NCBI GenBank assembly: GCA_027002475.1
Contig: JALWZS010000030.1
Location: forward strand, 54,827 to 118,826
Length of the DNA: 64,000 bases
Origin: a bacterium
GTDB lineage: Bacteria; Patescibacteriota; 4484-211; GCA-002791395
Direction of reading: 5' to 3'
Part shown: piece by piece, positions 9,954-17,969 of the stretch
Numbering within the stretch: the first letter of the stretch is position 1
Layout: every line of letters begins with the position of its first letter
Notes under the pieces: model-generated
The model's database searches: none
What the model saw: the letters and a program-made list of their open reading frames with translations, nothing else
Told to the model about the DNA's origin: nothing
Made by a program: the position numbers and the translations under genes

Positions 9954-10592
9954 CAGTTTGAATGTCTGTCTGCGATTTTTAACTTCAACTACCTTGATGA
10001 CATCAATCTTTTTTAAAAAGTTAGTGAGTTTATATGCCGTTTGCTTTTTTATGTTAAAGGAGTGAATTAAATCATGGTTTGTAAAAAGTGGTGGTAGATC
10101 TTTGGGCAGAAGTTTTGCGTAATCCTTTTTGGATTTGAAGGTATGTTTTGAAACTATTTGTTGTAGCTTTGTGTCGATAATACTTACGCCTTTACGCCGC
10201 CAGCTTCCTTTGTTGTTAGCACTTCTAATTTCTATGACATCGACAAGTAACACTTCTAGCGTCAGGTTTGGCTCTCGAATGAGATGTGGAATATAGACAA
10301 GTTCATCCACAACATTAACAAGCGAACCTGTTTTGGGGGACTGCCTTTTCCGCAGTAGCGTTTCCAGGGAGGCGTCGTAAAGCTCTATTGTCTTTTTCCT
10401 GGGAATTGGGGCAACCAGTGTTATTTTGTGTTTAGTAAGTAGTTCCACTAGCTTAGTTTTTAAGTTTAAAAAACTATGTGTTTGGATTTCAATTAGGCGA
10501 TTTCGCCAAACAACGTCAATTATGAAGTTACCGACTTTGCTCTCAACAAGAGAGCCCTTTTTGGCATAAAGTTGCTTAATTGCAGCATGCAA
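9945..10592 (-). CDS. Hypothetical protein, possibly a PD-(D/E)xK-type nuclease fold
   Basis: FIIDVV...LIEIQ resembles a D...E-x-Q/K nuclease core. No firm family assignment. Confidence 0.35.
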   Translation of the reverse strand: MHAAIKQLYAKKGSLVESKVGNFIIDVVWRNRLIEIQTHSFLNLKTKLVELLTKHKITLVAPIPRKKTIELYDASLETLLRKRQSPKTGSLVNVVDELVYIPHLIREPNLTLEVLLVDVIEIRSANNKGSWRRKGVSIIDTKLQQIVSKHTFKSKKDYAKLLPKDLPPLFTNHDLIHSFNIKKQTAYKLTNFLKKIDVIKVVEVKNRRQTFKLLV

Positions 10593-10638
10593 GCTATTTT
10601 CATTAAGTGTTCCGATATGGTTTGTGGGTTGGGGTGAT

Positions 10639-11289
10639 TTATTGTTTTTCAGCTTGATGTAGGAGTTCGTTCACTTTGTTCCAATTAACTGTTTCTATCC
10701 AATTTTTTATATACTCTCCTCTTCTGTTTTGGTATTTAAGGTAATATGCATGTTCCCATACATCTATTCCAAGGATTGGTAGTGAGCCATTTGATATTGG
10801 AGAATCTTGATTTGGCGTTGAATCTACTTCGAGACTTCCTGTTTCGTTAATAAAGAGCCACGCCCATCCGCTGCCAAATCTAGTAAGTGCGCTATTATAA
10901 AGTTCTTGCTTGAAGTTTTCCATGTCTCCAAAAGTCTTGTTAATTATGGCAACTAATTCTTTGGGCATGTCCTTATTTTGCGGTGGGGTCATAATGTACC
11001 AATATAGTGAATGGTTGGCATGTCCGCCTCCGTTATTTCTAATTGCGGTGCGTATGTCTTCAGGTATTGTCGCTAGGTTTGATAAGAGTTCTTGTAGTGT
11101 TTTTTCTTGTAGCTTAGGGTATTGCTCTAGCGCAGAATTAAGCTTGTTAACGTACCCTTGATGATGCTTAGAGTAGTGAAGCTCTATTGTCTTAGCGTCT
11201 ATATAAGGTTCAAGTGCATCATAGCTATAACCAAGCTCAGGAAGTGTGTAAGGATATTTAGTGTCCAGTATCTCAAAGGGGTTATTCAT
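10639..11289 (-). CDS. sodA: Fe/Mn superoxide dismutase
   Basis: YDALEPYIDAKTIELHYSKHH at the N-terminus and DVWEHAYYLKYQNRR at the C-terminus. Confidence 0.95.
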   Translation of the reverse strand: MNNPFEILDTKYPYTLPELGYSYDALEPYIDAKTIELHYSKHHQGYVNKLNSALEQYPKLQEKTLQELLSNLATIPEDIRTAIRNNGGGHANHSLYWYIMTPPQNKDMPKELVAIINKTFGDMENFKQELYNSALTRFGSGWAWLFINETGSLEVDSTPNQDSPISNGSLPILGIDVWEHAYYLKYQNRRGEYIKNWIETVNWNKVNELLHQAEKQ

Positions 11290-11480
11290 TAAAAATATTA
11301 TATAAAAGTATTAAGCTTGCAGCAAACAGCATAAATTCTAAACGAAGGCGCTCAATTCCCTATAAACACTACAGTACACTGGAGTACGGGAGCGGCAAAT
11401 TTTTGCAGTACTATTCGTGCTAAGAATGTTGCGGTGCTTATTGTTTCTGGTAGTACGCGTTGTGATCCGCGAGGGCGGAG

Positions 11481-12209
11481 CTACTTCCGCTGTGCTGTTA
11501 GCAGTAAGATTCCAGAATACCCGCTTCTGATAGGTTTTTTGCTTCTTGGAATACGAACTATGTTGATGTTTTTTGTTAGTCTGCCAAAAATTTGCAATAA
11601 TAATGTTTGGTTTACTGTGATTGTCGGATATCTAACGCCATCAACAAAGTAGTGCGTAGAGTTTTCCATAAACACAGCGACTAAATAGCCATCAGGATGC
11701 ACCAATTCGGTAAATCTCTTACATGCATTCATAAAGACATCGATTTGGTTTGATATGGCTTCGAGACAAAAATGAGATGTGGCAAGCGTATAACGTCTAC
11801 TGGTTGCTGTAAGGATGTTGTGTTTTCGAACTGCTACCGTCTGGAGCTTTTGTGGATATAAGCCTGACCGATAGGCGCGATCGTGCTTCATTAACATTCG
11901 CCAGTACTGTGACCATATGTGCGATGGGCTTACTGTTTGTTCCCTGAGAAACTTTAGATTGCTTTCTGATATATCGGTTAGTGTGATTTTTTTTGCGAAG
12001 GGCAGTAATGTCAGTGCAGGATATAAGTTTGGACCTGTTCCTACATCTATGACTGAATCGATCGGATTGATGCTTTTGTAAAAATCGGCAGTTAGCTGCA
12101 TGATTCGCATATCTTCTTCATGTAATACTCCGTAGTTGTTGGTTAAGTATGTTGTGGTTGGAAAGCCGTTCCACTCTGTAGTTTCGTGCATGATGGGGTT
12201 GTGGCGCAT
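11481..12209 (-). CDS. SAM-dependent methyltransferase of the NNMT/PNMT/TEMT family (small-molecule N-methyltransferase-like)
   Basis: YL..Y...ADFY...IDVGTGPNLYPALTLLPFAKKITLTDISESNL aligns with the NNMT motif LIDIGSGPTIYQLLSAC..F..I..TDY...N. The 5' extension in the ORF track (to 12278) overlaps the divergent regulator and is probably not translated. Confidence 0.7.
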   Translation of the reverse strand: MRHNPIMHETTEWNGFPTTTYLTNNYGVLHEEDMRIMQLTADFYKSINPIDSVIDVGTGPNLYPALTLLPFAKKITLTDISESNLKFLREQTVSPSHIWSQYWRMLMKHDRAYRSGLYPQKLQTVAVRKHNILTATSRRYTLATSHFCLEAISNQIDVFMNACKRFTELVHPDGYLVAVFMENSTHYFVDGVRYPTITVNQTLLLQIFGRLTKNINIVRIPRSKKPIRSGYSGILLLTAQRK

Positions 12210-12257
12210 GCTGTGCGTATTTAACGGTCTATTGGGTTTATAGTAAAATTGTTGTTC

Positions 12258-13043
12258 ATGGGGGTGAACAATGAGCACGTGGTGGCGACGCTTAAAAAGG
12301 TGGGGTTAAATGAAAAAGAGATTAGTGTTTATTTGAGTCTATTCAATCTTGGCAAATCCACGCCACATATGATATCGCAAGACACGGGCATTAATCGGAC
12401 GACCGTATACCGACAACTAGAAGGTTTAGAGAAGTTAGGCCTTGTTGTTCGCATTCTTGACCAAAATAAAACTTGGTTTGAGGTTACAGATGCGTCTTCA
12501 GTGGAGCGATTGGCTAAACAAAGGTTAATAGAAGCAGAGTCTTTACAATCTGAACTGGGCCAAATCGTCGAGTTCCTACAACAAAGCGATAAGCTAATAG
12601 CGTCTTCGACGACCGTAAAGTATTTTCGAGGCAAGGAAGGATTAAGACAACTTCTTTGGAATACACTTAAGGCAGGGGTGAGGAATGAGGTTGTAGGGTT
12701 AGGGTATCGTACTTGGAATGAAGATGTTGGGGAAAAGTTTGCAGAAAATTTGAGAAAAGAATATATAGCGCGCAAGGTATATTCGAGAGAGATATTAAAT
12801 CGGTTACCACCAATAAAAGAGTTTACGAAGCATAAGCTTTATGGGGAAAAACATTATAAGGCGGCATTAATTGACGAAACAGTTCTTAAAATCAGATACG
12901 ACACTTATATCTACAATGATGTCTTCGCTTTTTACTATGTTCGAAATAATGAACTATTTGGAGTTGAAATTCACAATAAAGAAATCACCGGTTCCCAAAA
13001 ACAAATCTTTGAGATTCTTTGGAATATGGCTAAAAAACTATGA
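12258..13043 (+). CDS. TrmB-family winged-HTH transcriptional regulator (paralogue 1)
   Basis: N-terminal EKEISVYLSLFNLGKSTPHMISQDTGINRTTVYRQLEGLEKLGLVVRI is a TrmB-type HTH. It has a C-terminal effector domain and is divergent from the NNMT-like methyltransferase. Confidence 0.75.
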   Translation: MGVNNEHVVATLKKVGLNEKEISVYLSLFNLGKSTPHMISQDTGINRTTVYRQLEGLEKLGLVVRILDQNKTWFEVTDASSVERLAKQRLIEAESLQSELGQIVEFLQQSDKLIASSTTVKYFRGKEGLRQLLWNTLKAGVRNEVVGLGYRTWNEDVGEKFAENLRKEYIARKVYSREILNRLPPIKEFTKHKLYGEKHYKAALIDETVLKIRYDTYIYNDVFAFYYVRNNELFGVEIHNKEITGSQKQIFEILWNMAKKL

Positions 13044-13063
13044 CGTTTAGGCTATCAGAAAGC

Positions 13064-14068
13064 TCAATGGTTTCGTTTATGCTTATTAAATTCCTGAATG
13101 GTTTCTTTTAGCATATTCATTTGATCTTCAGTGCTAATTGAAAACCTTACAAAGGATTTATCTAATCCGATATTGGCATTACCATTCCCTTGATTAAAGA
13201 TAAAATTGTGTGATTTAACGAAATTTGCAAATAAAGTTCCTTCTTCTTCTGAACTGAATTTTAGTAGTACGGCATTTATTCTGGATGGTAAATGGGGTAG
13301 ATTATTCTCGTCGAGAAACTTTTCGAAAGACTTTCTTCTTTCCTGAATTCCTTTGCGCATATTTTTAAAATAGTCTTCGTGATTTAGTGCGCTAATTGCT
13401 GCTCTGATTGATAAATAGGATACATTAGCCCACTGCGTTTGCGGCTTTACTTTGTCTACTACGTCAGGGTGTGCAATGAAGTACCCAATCCTATTTCCAG
13501 CCATACCATAGTCTTTGGAAAAGCTTCTGAATATCACGAGGTTTTCATAGTATTTAACTTGGTCGATCACAGAGAGTTCGGGAGCAAACTCTCCATAAGC
13601 CTCATCAACACAAACAATCGCGTGTTTGTTGTTTTTAATTAGCTCAATAACTTTATCTTTTGGAGTGATTCCAGAAGGGTTGTTGGGATTGGCCAGGAAA
13701 ATCAAAGTTGCGTCATGAATCGTGTCGGTTGTTATTGTATATTTTCCATCTGTAATAGATGGTATTTGAGTCAGTTGTCCACCAAATAGTTCGGCGTCTG
13801 CATAGACAAGATACGTAGGCGTAAATATATGCGTGGTTGCCCCAAAAGATCTTGCAAACATTTGAATGGCTTCATCGATTCCTGCTGTGAGGAAAATCAT
13901 TTCTTCAGATAAACCGTGTTTTTTAGCTAATTTAGAAATTAACTCTTTTGGCTGCGAGTGATAAACATTTGCGTGTAAGCAGTAGTCTTCTAACTCTTGA
14001 TAAATGAAATCTGGGAGCGGATCTTTTATGGTAGTGTATTGCAAGTTGACTGGCTGTTTAGTAGTCAT
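13064..14068 (-). CDS. Class I/II PLP-dependent aminotransferase, HisC-like (histidinol-phosphate aminotransferase family)
   Basis: PLP-lysine motif SFSKDYGMAGNRIGY. NPNNPSG substrate loop. Confidence 0.8.
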   Translation of the reverse strand: MTTKQPVNLQYTTIKDPLPDFIYQELEDYCLHANVYHSQPKELISKLAKKHGLSEEMIFLTAGIDEAIQMFARSFGATTHIFTPTYLVYADAELFGGQLTQIPSITDGKYTITTDTIHDATLIFLANPNNPSGITPKDKVIELIKNNKHAIVCVDEAYGEFAPELSVIDQVKYYENLVIFRSFSKDYGMAGNRIGYFIAHPDVVDKVKPQTQWANVSYLSIRAAISALNHEDYFKNMRKGIQERRKSFEKFLDENNLPHLPSRINAVLLKFSSEEEGTLFANFVKSHNFIFNQGNGNANIGLDKSFVRFSISTEDQMNMLKETIQEFNKHKRNH

Positions 14069-14081
14069 TTTGTTTGTGTAG

Positions 14082-15569
14082 TCATGTATCCCATGATACT
14101 CTACCTAATCGATCCTTCTTTTGCAGTATGAAGGCGACTTCTGTGTAGGAGTCTTCTCCTATAAAAGCATCATAGTGTTTTACATCTAGTACCTTAAGTC
14201 CCGCAAGGTGGCAATAGTGCTCAAATTCTTCTAGTTGTGGGAAATATCGACGATTACCTTGTTTTTCTGGTGAGTAAGGTTTATCTGTTGGACTCGCTTT
14301 AGCTGTAACTATTCCTGGTAAATCCTCGGGGTGGGTTTCTGTGTGTTTGATTATTAATTCCGGATATGGGCCAGTAGTGGGGTCTGGTATCTCAACAATT
14401 ACAACTCCGTCTTTTTTGACTAGGGAGCTTAATCTATTAAGCATTGTTACCATTTTGTGTGGGGAACCGGTAAAGTTAATGAAATTCCATGGGGCAACTA
14501 TTAAATCGGGCGTATCTTCGTAAATTGCTTCAAATGAATACGGTGTAAGTGTTTCTAACTGCGATTCAAGTGCGTGTATGAAATCACCTGCAAGTAGTTC
14601 GCGTTGTATGTCTTTGGGCAATTGAGTAAAATGAGGCACCTCTTGCAGTCGTTTTTTAAGTCTATGGCGGATATCATCTATTTGCTCGGGGGGCAGTACT
14701 TGCTGTAGCAGGGTATATAAGGGATCATTATTTGTGGCGCCTTCATTAGTTAATGCTTGTGCAAGTGTTAGCATACGCTCTTTTGTTTTGACAAGCCTTG
14801 AAGCGTTAATGTCGGTACCCACGACTGTATGCCCGAGGAGTGCTAGCGGAATAGCTATTCTCCCTTCTCCTGTACCAGCCTCTAGTATTGTTAAGTCTTG
14901 CTCTGGGAGTAAGTCTTGAATAGTTTCTAAAATAATGCGTAAGGTTTCTGCTGTGTTTGTGCGCTTTTTCTCAAGGCTTAGTAGATCTATCGTTTCTTGG
15001 ACTTGAAGCATACGCCTTGTTGTAGGTACTGTATCGTCGCTGTATAAACTTTTTGAGACGGCGATTAGCTTGAATACGTCTTCTGGGGTGCTTTCTAGAG
15101 TGTCTGGTGTTACGTGTAGTTCGTTAGGGGAGTGAGGTATTGTTATGTCTTCGTGACTGACTGCGATTATGGTGGGTACAGGGCTGTGCTTAAGTGATTG
15201 TGCTGCCTGTAGGAGTGTTTCTTCTGTAATTTCTGGGAAGGCTTGTTGGATAGTTTTTAAGTTTAGATCCAAGTGGGGTAAGGTTTCTAGAAAACCTGTC
15301 AGTTCATGTATTTCTGGCAGGGGGATATCGGTTGTGTCGATTACTATGTAGTGCAGGGGAGTGCCTGTACTTAGTATTTCAATTACTTTATAAAAGATAT
15401 CTTTGTAACTATCGGCGGCAAAATGTTCGCCGTTCATTTGGGAAGAATTTTCGGAGAGGTTAACAAGTAGAGTGTTTAATTTAAATGTTTTGAGGAGTTC
15501 TTGACGTTTAATTTCTAGTAGATTGGGAGTTCTAAGTTCTTTTGCTCCTTGCATTCTTTGTCGGGTCAT
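14082..15569 (-). CDS. Two-domain protein (paralogue P1). An unknown ~230-aa N-domain is followed by a class-I SAM methyltransferase domain (TPMT/TehB-like motif I) carrying a long insertion.
   Basis: Motif I ILEAGTGEGRIAIPLALLGHTVVGTDIN. Post-motif DLIVAPWNFINFTG...VKKDGVVIVEIPDP. Collinear with P2 at 17943-19415. Confidence 0.65.
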   Translation of the reverse strand: MTRQRMQGAKELRTPNLLEIKRQELLKTFKLNTLLVNLSENSSQMNGEHFAADSYKDIFYKVIEILSTGTPLHYIVIDTTDIPLPEIHELTGFLETLPHLDLNLKTIQQAFPEITEETLLQAAQSLKHSPVPTIIAVSHEDITIPHSPNELHVTPDTLESTPEDVFKLIAVSKSLYSDDTVPTTRRMLQVQETIDLLSLEKKRTNTAETLRIILETIQDLLPEQDLTILEAGTGEGRIAIPLALLGHTVVGTDINASRLVKTKERMLTLAQALTNEGATNNDPLYTLLQQVLPPEQIDDIRHRLKKRLQEVPHFTQLPKDIQRELLAGDFIHALESQLETLTPYSFEAIYEDTPDLIVAPWNFINFTGSPHKMVTMLNRLSSLVKKDGVVIVEIPDPTTGPYPELIIKHTETHPEDLPGIVTAKASPTDKPYSPEKQGNRRYFPQLEEFEHYCHLAGLKVLDVKHYDAFIGEDSYTEVAFILQKKDRLGRVSWDT

Positions 15570-15589
15570 ATCTAAATTATGCAGAGTTT

Positions 15590-15631
15590 ACGCAAAAAAG
15601 AAAGCCCCGACCGCATGAGAGCGGTCGGGGC
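15590..15631 (-). terminator. Rho-independent terminator: 11-bp perfect stem GCCCCGACCGC/GCGGTCGGGGC followed by a T-run on the minus strand
   Basis: Lies directly 3' of the minus-strand CDS 15638-16231. Confidence 0.8.
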
Positions 15632-15637
15632 TCGAAT

Positions 15638-16231
15638 TTATTCTTTGGTCTTGCGGCTTTTGTCGATTAGCGGCCGCAAGCCCTTTTCATCCCCTTTCTG
15701 AAGAGCCTGCTCGAGCTCTTCAGAAAGGGAACAGGGCTCGATCTCTCCTTCGGCGATGAAGGCGTGCTTGGCCCAAAAGGCCAGCGCCTCCTTTCGCTCA
15801 GAAGAAGAGATCCTAGTACTCCAAAGTTTGGAGTCCCCTGGCTCTCGCGGAGCCAGGTTAGCGCCAGGAAATAGGGTGAACAAAATCAAATCACCCTGTT
15901 TGCCCCAGCGCCCGAAAAGCACCACCCCGTGGTTGGGGTGGCGCTCATATCCCCTGACGAAGCGGCTGGGGGTGAACCGCCCGGGGCGGTAACCCCAGAA
16001 CACCTCGTCAGAGGCTTTTGTGGGAGTCACCCCTGTGAGCCCAAAGGACTCGTCAGGGAAAAAGACCCCCTCGAACCGCCCCACCCGTTCTTCGGGCGGG
16101 ACAGTTTTTGCGATTTCGGACTCCAGTCGCTCAACCAACTGAGCGACGAAGTCCGAAAATGACATCCCCTCGGGCACGATGAAGTCGCCCTCATGTGCCC
16201 GAAGGTGCTGCATATTGTAAAAAATTTTCAC
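15638..16231 (-). CDS. Hypothetical protein X, encoded in a GC-rich foreign-codon island (GTG start)
   Basis: SD GGAGGGCAAAG sits directly upstream of GTG. Codons are rich in GGG/CCC/GTG/TTC, unlike the AT-rich host. No recognisable domain. Confidence 0.55.
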   Translation of the reverse strand: MKIFYNMQHLRAHEGDFIVPEGMSFSDFVAQLVERLESEIAKTVPPEERVGRFEGVFFPDESFGLTGVTPTKASDEVFWGYRPGRFTPSRFVRGYERHPNHGVVLFGRWGKQGDLILFTLFPGANLAPREPGDSKLWSTRISSSERKEALAFWAKHAFIAEGEIEPCSLSEELEQALQKGDEKGLRPLIDKSRKTKE

Positions 16232-16265
16232 TTTGCCCTCCTTTGGGGGATTGGTGTAGGGTTTT

Positions 16266-16303
16266 CAACAAAAAAACCCGACTGCGCGTGTGCACAGCCG
16301 GGG
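16266..16303 (-). terminator. Rho-independent terminator (stem CCCGGCTG...CAGTCGGG + T7) between cassette genes Y and X
   Basis: On the minus strand the hairpin is followed by TTTTTTTG, immediately 3' of CDS 16320-16940. Confidence 0.65.
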
Positions 16304-16319
16304 GCAAGAAATGGCGTGT

Positions 16320-16940
16320 TTATTGCTTGTTCAGCGCGTTGAGAGCGCGGATAAATTCTTCACGCTCTTTGCTGGGATGCTCCTTCTGCAGGAGCTCCAG
16401 CGCCTTTTCGACGCTCACCTCCTTCTGGGCCCCACTGCTCCAAGCCCCCACATATATTGCTGCTGAATATGTGTGGGTGTTCAGGAAGACCTTTCCTTTT
16501 TCGTCGATTTCAAGGAAGAAAGTCTCCCTCAAGGATGTATACCAAAAACAACGATAATACTCGTAACGAATTATGGTGACCCTTTCCCCATCAGTTATGT
16601 GCGGGGCCACCAGTTCTTCGAAGCTGGGAATCTCGCTGTCCTCGAGTTCCCCGAGGTCAACTATACTAACCTCGAGATCTTCTTGCTCGAGGAGTCTTTT
16701 CAAGCCCTCGACCCCTTCTGTGCCGAGGGCACTCGCCCACTCTGCATACCGAGCGTAATCTGGGTCGTCGCTCGGTGTGGTGACAGTGGGCTCCTCAGCT
16801 ACGGCGTCGTCATTCCATATGTCTTCGAAATGGCTGACGACACGCTTTTTCCCTAGGAAGATGTGAGTGCAAAACACATCTTCCTCGATTGGCCCTCGGG
16901 CCGCTTTTTCTTTACTCATGCTTTCCAGTTTTATTTTCAT
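16320..16940 (-). CDS. Hypothetical acidic protein Y, encoded in the GC-rich foreign-codon island
   Basis: ATG preceded by the same GGAGGGCAAAG leader as gene X. GC-rich codons. The track ORF extends to 17237, but the RBS-supported start is at 16940. Confidence 0.55.
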   Translation of the reverse strand: MKIKLESMSKEKAARGPIEEDVFCTHIFLGKKRVVSHFEDIWNDDAVAEEPTVTTPSDDPDYARYAEWASALGTEGVEGLKRLLEQEDLEVSIVDLGELEDSEIPSFEELVAPHITDGERVTIIRYEYYRCFWYTSLRETFFLEIDEKGKVFLNTHTYSAAIYVGAWSSGAQKEVSVEKALELLQKEHPSKEREEFIRALNALNKQ

Positions 16941-17124
16941 CTTTGCCCTCCTTTTGGGCTGGTTGTGGGGGTATGCTACTTCCCCCGAAAGAAAAAATTG
17001 ATTGTTAAAGTTCTCGAGAGATGCCTGTATTATACTATGGGGTGCATCACATGTCAAGTGGTAACTAGCGGATGCTGGTTTGTGTATAATACTGTAGTGG
17101 TCGGACATACCTTGTATGTGGCTC

Positions 17125-17154
17125 ATATTTGTCAAGTGCATACTTGACAAATAT
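17125..17154. promoter_or_regulatory. Perfect 12-bp inverted repeat ATATTTGTCAAG-N6-CTTGACAAATAT. It overlaps a TTGACA(-35)-16bp-TATACT(-10) promoter for the TrmB-like gene and a mirrored TTGACA facing the GC-rich cassette.
   Basis: Read directly from the sequence. It sits 27 bp upstream of the ATG at 17181. Confidence 0.7.
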
Positions 17155-17180
17155 GCTTGCGCATGTATACTATAAGTAGT

Positions 17181-17969
17181 ATGGCAGAAATCGCAGAGAT
17201 TCTTACTAGTGCAGGCCTCAGTGATGGCGAATCCCAAGTTTACTTAAAGCTTCTTGAAACAGGTCGTACAAGTGCATCGACACTTGCAAGAGAAATGTCT
17301 ATGGCTAGAGGAGTGGTTTACTTCATCTTGGAACAACTTGAAAAGAAAGGATTGGTTGTTAGATTACCAAACGGCAAGCGATTCTTATACCAAGCCAAAC
17401 ATCCGAGCGAACTCTTGGCGCTAATAGATAGAAAAAAGCATGAACTAGAATCAAGTAAAGCTTCTATTGGCTCAATTATCCCAATGCTAAGTGAAATGTA
17501 CTCATCAACATCGGTTAAACCTGTCGTAAGTTACTTTGGTGGAGTTGAGGGAGTAAAGAAGGTTTATTTAGACACTCTTAAGGTTGGTGAAACGATATAT
17601 GCTGCGATGCATAGCGGTAGGGTGAATATGGACGTTCATAAGTGGGTGCGTGAAAAGTACGTTCCAGAGAGAGTAAACCGTGGAATAAAAGCTAAGGTCA
17701 TAATGTCTGCGAACGAACGCGTAGAGATTTTTAAGAAGGAAAACAAAGAAAAACTGCGTGAGATGATCGTTGTTGATAGCGATATATTCCATGTGAAAAT
17801 GGAAGTTAATATCTATGGTAACAAAGTTGGGTTCATATCTTCGCATGCAGATGCTGACTTATTCGGAGTTATCATTGATAGTCCATTTGTTGCTCAAAGT
17901 ATGTTGGCGCTTTGGAAGTTAGCTTGGATTGGTGCAGGTGGCTCACTGCCTCGTAGCGATGATAAATAA
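17181..17969 (+). CDS. TrmB-family winged-HTH transcriptional regulator (paralogue 2)
   Basis: MAEIAEILTSAGLSDGESQVYLKLLETGRTSASTLAREMSMARGVVYFILEQLEKKGLVVRL. The track start at 17157 would place the promoter inside the ORF. Confidence 0.75.
   Translation: MAEIAEILTSAGLSDGESQVYLKLLETGRTSASTLAREMSMARGVVYFILEQLEKKGLVVRLPNGKRFLYQAKHPSELLALIDRKKHELESSKASIGSIIPMLSEMYSSTSVKPVVSYFGGVEGVKKVYLDTLKVGETIYAAMHSGRVNMDVHKWVREKYVPERVNRGIKAKVIMSANERVEIFKKENKEKLREMIVVDSDIFHVKMEVNIYGNKVGFISSHADADLFGVIIDSPFVAQSMLALWKLAWIGAGGSLPRSDDK

Noticed and set aside
11434-11652. 72-aa plus-strand ORF overlapping the 3' end of the NNMT-like methyltransferase gene
   Set aside because: It is antisense to a well-supported CDS with clear family motifs, and there is no independent support.
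12249-12278. Long 5' extensions of the divergent methyltransferase (to 12278) and TrmB (from 12249) ORFs that overlap each other
   Set aside because: The mutual overlap would eliminate the shared promoter region. Internal ATG starts (12209 on minus, 12258 on plus) give sensible domain boundaries, so the shorter models were adopted.
15756-17147. Plus-strand ORFs (78-127 aa) across the GC-rich island
   Set aside because: High-GC DNA yields long spurious frames. The minus-strand genes are longer and have canonical GGAGG Shine-Dalgarno sites at correct spacing, duplicated leaders and downstream terminators.
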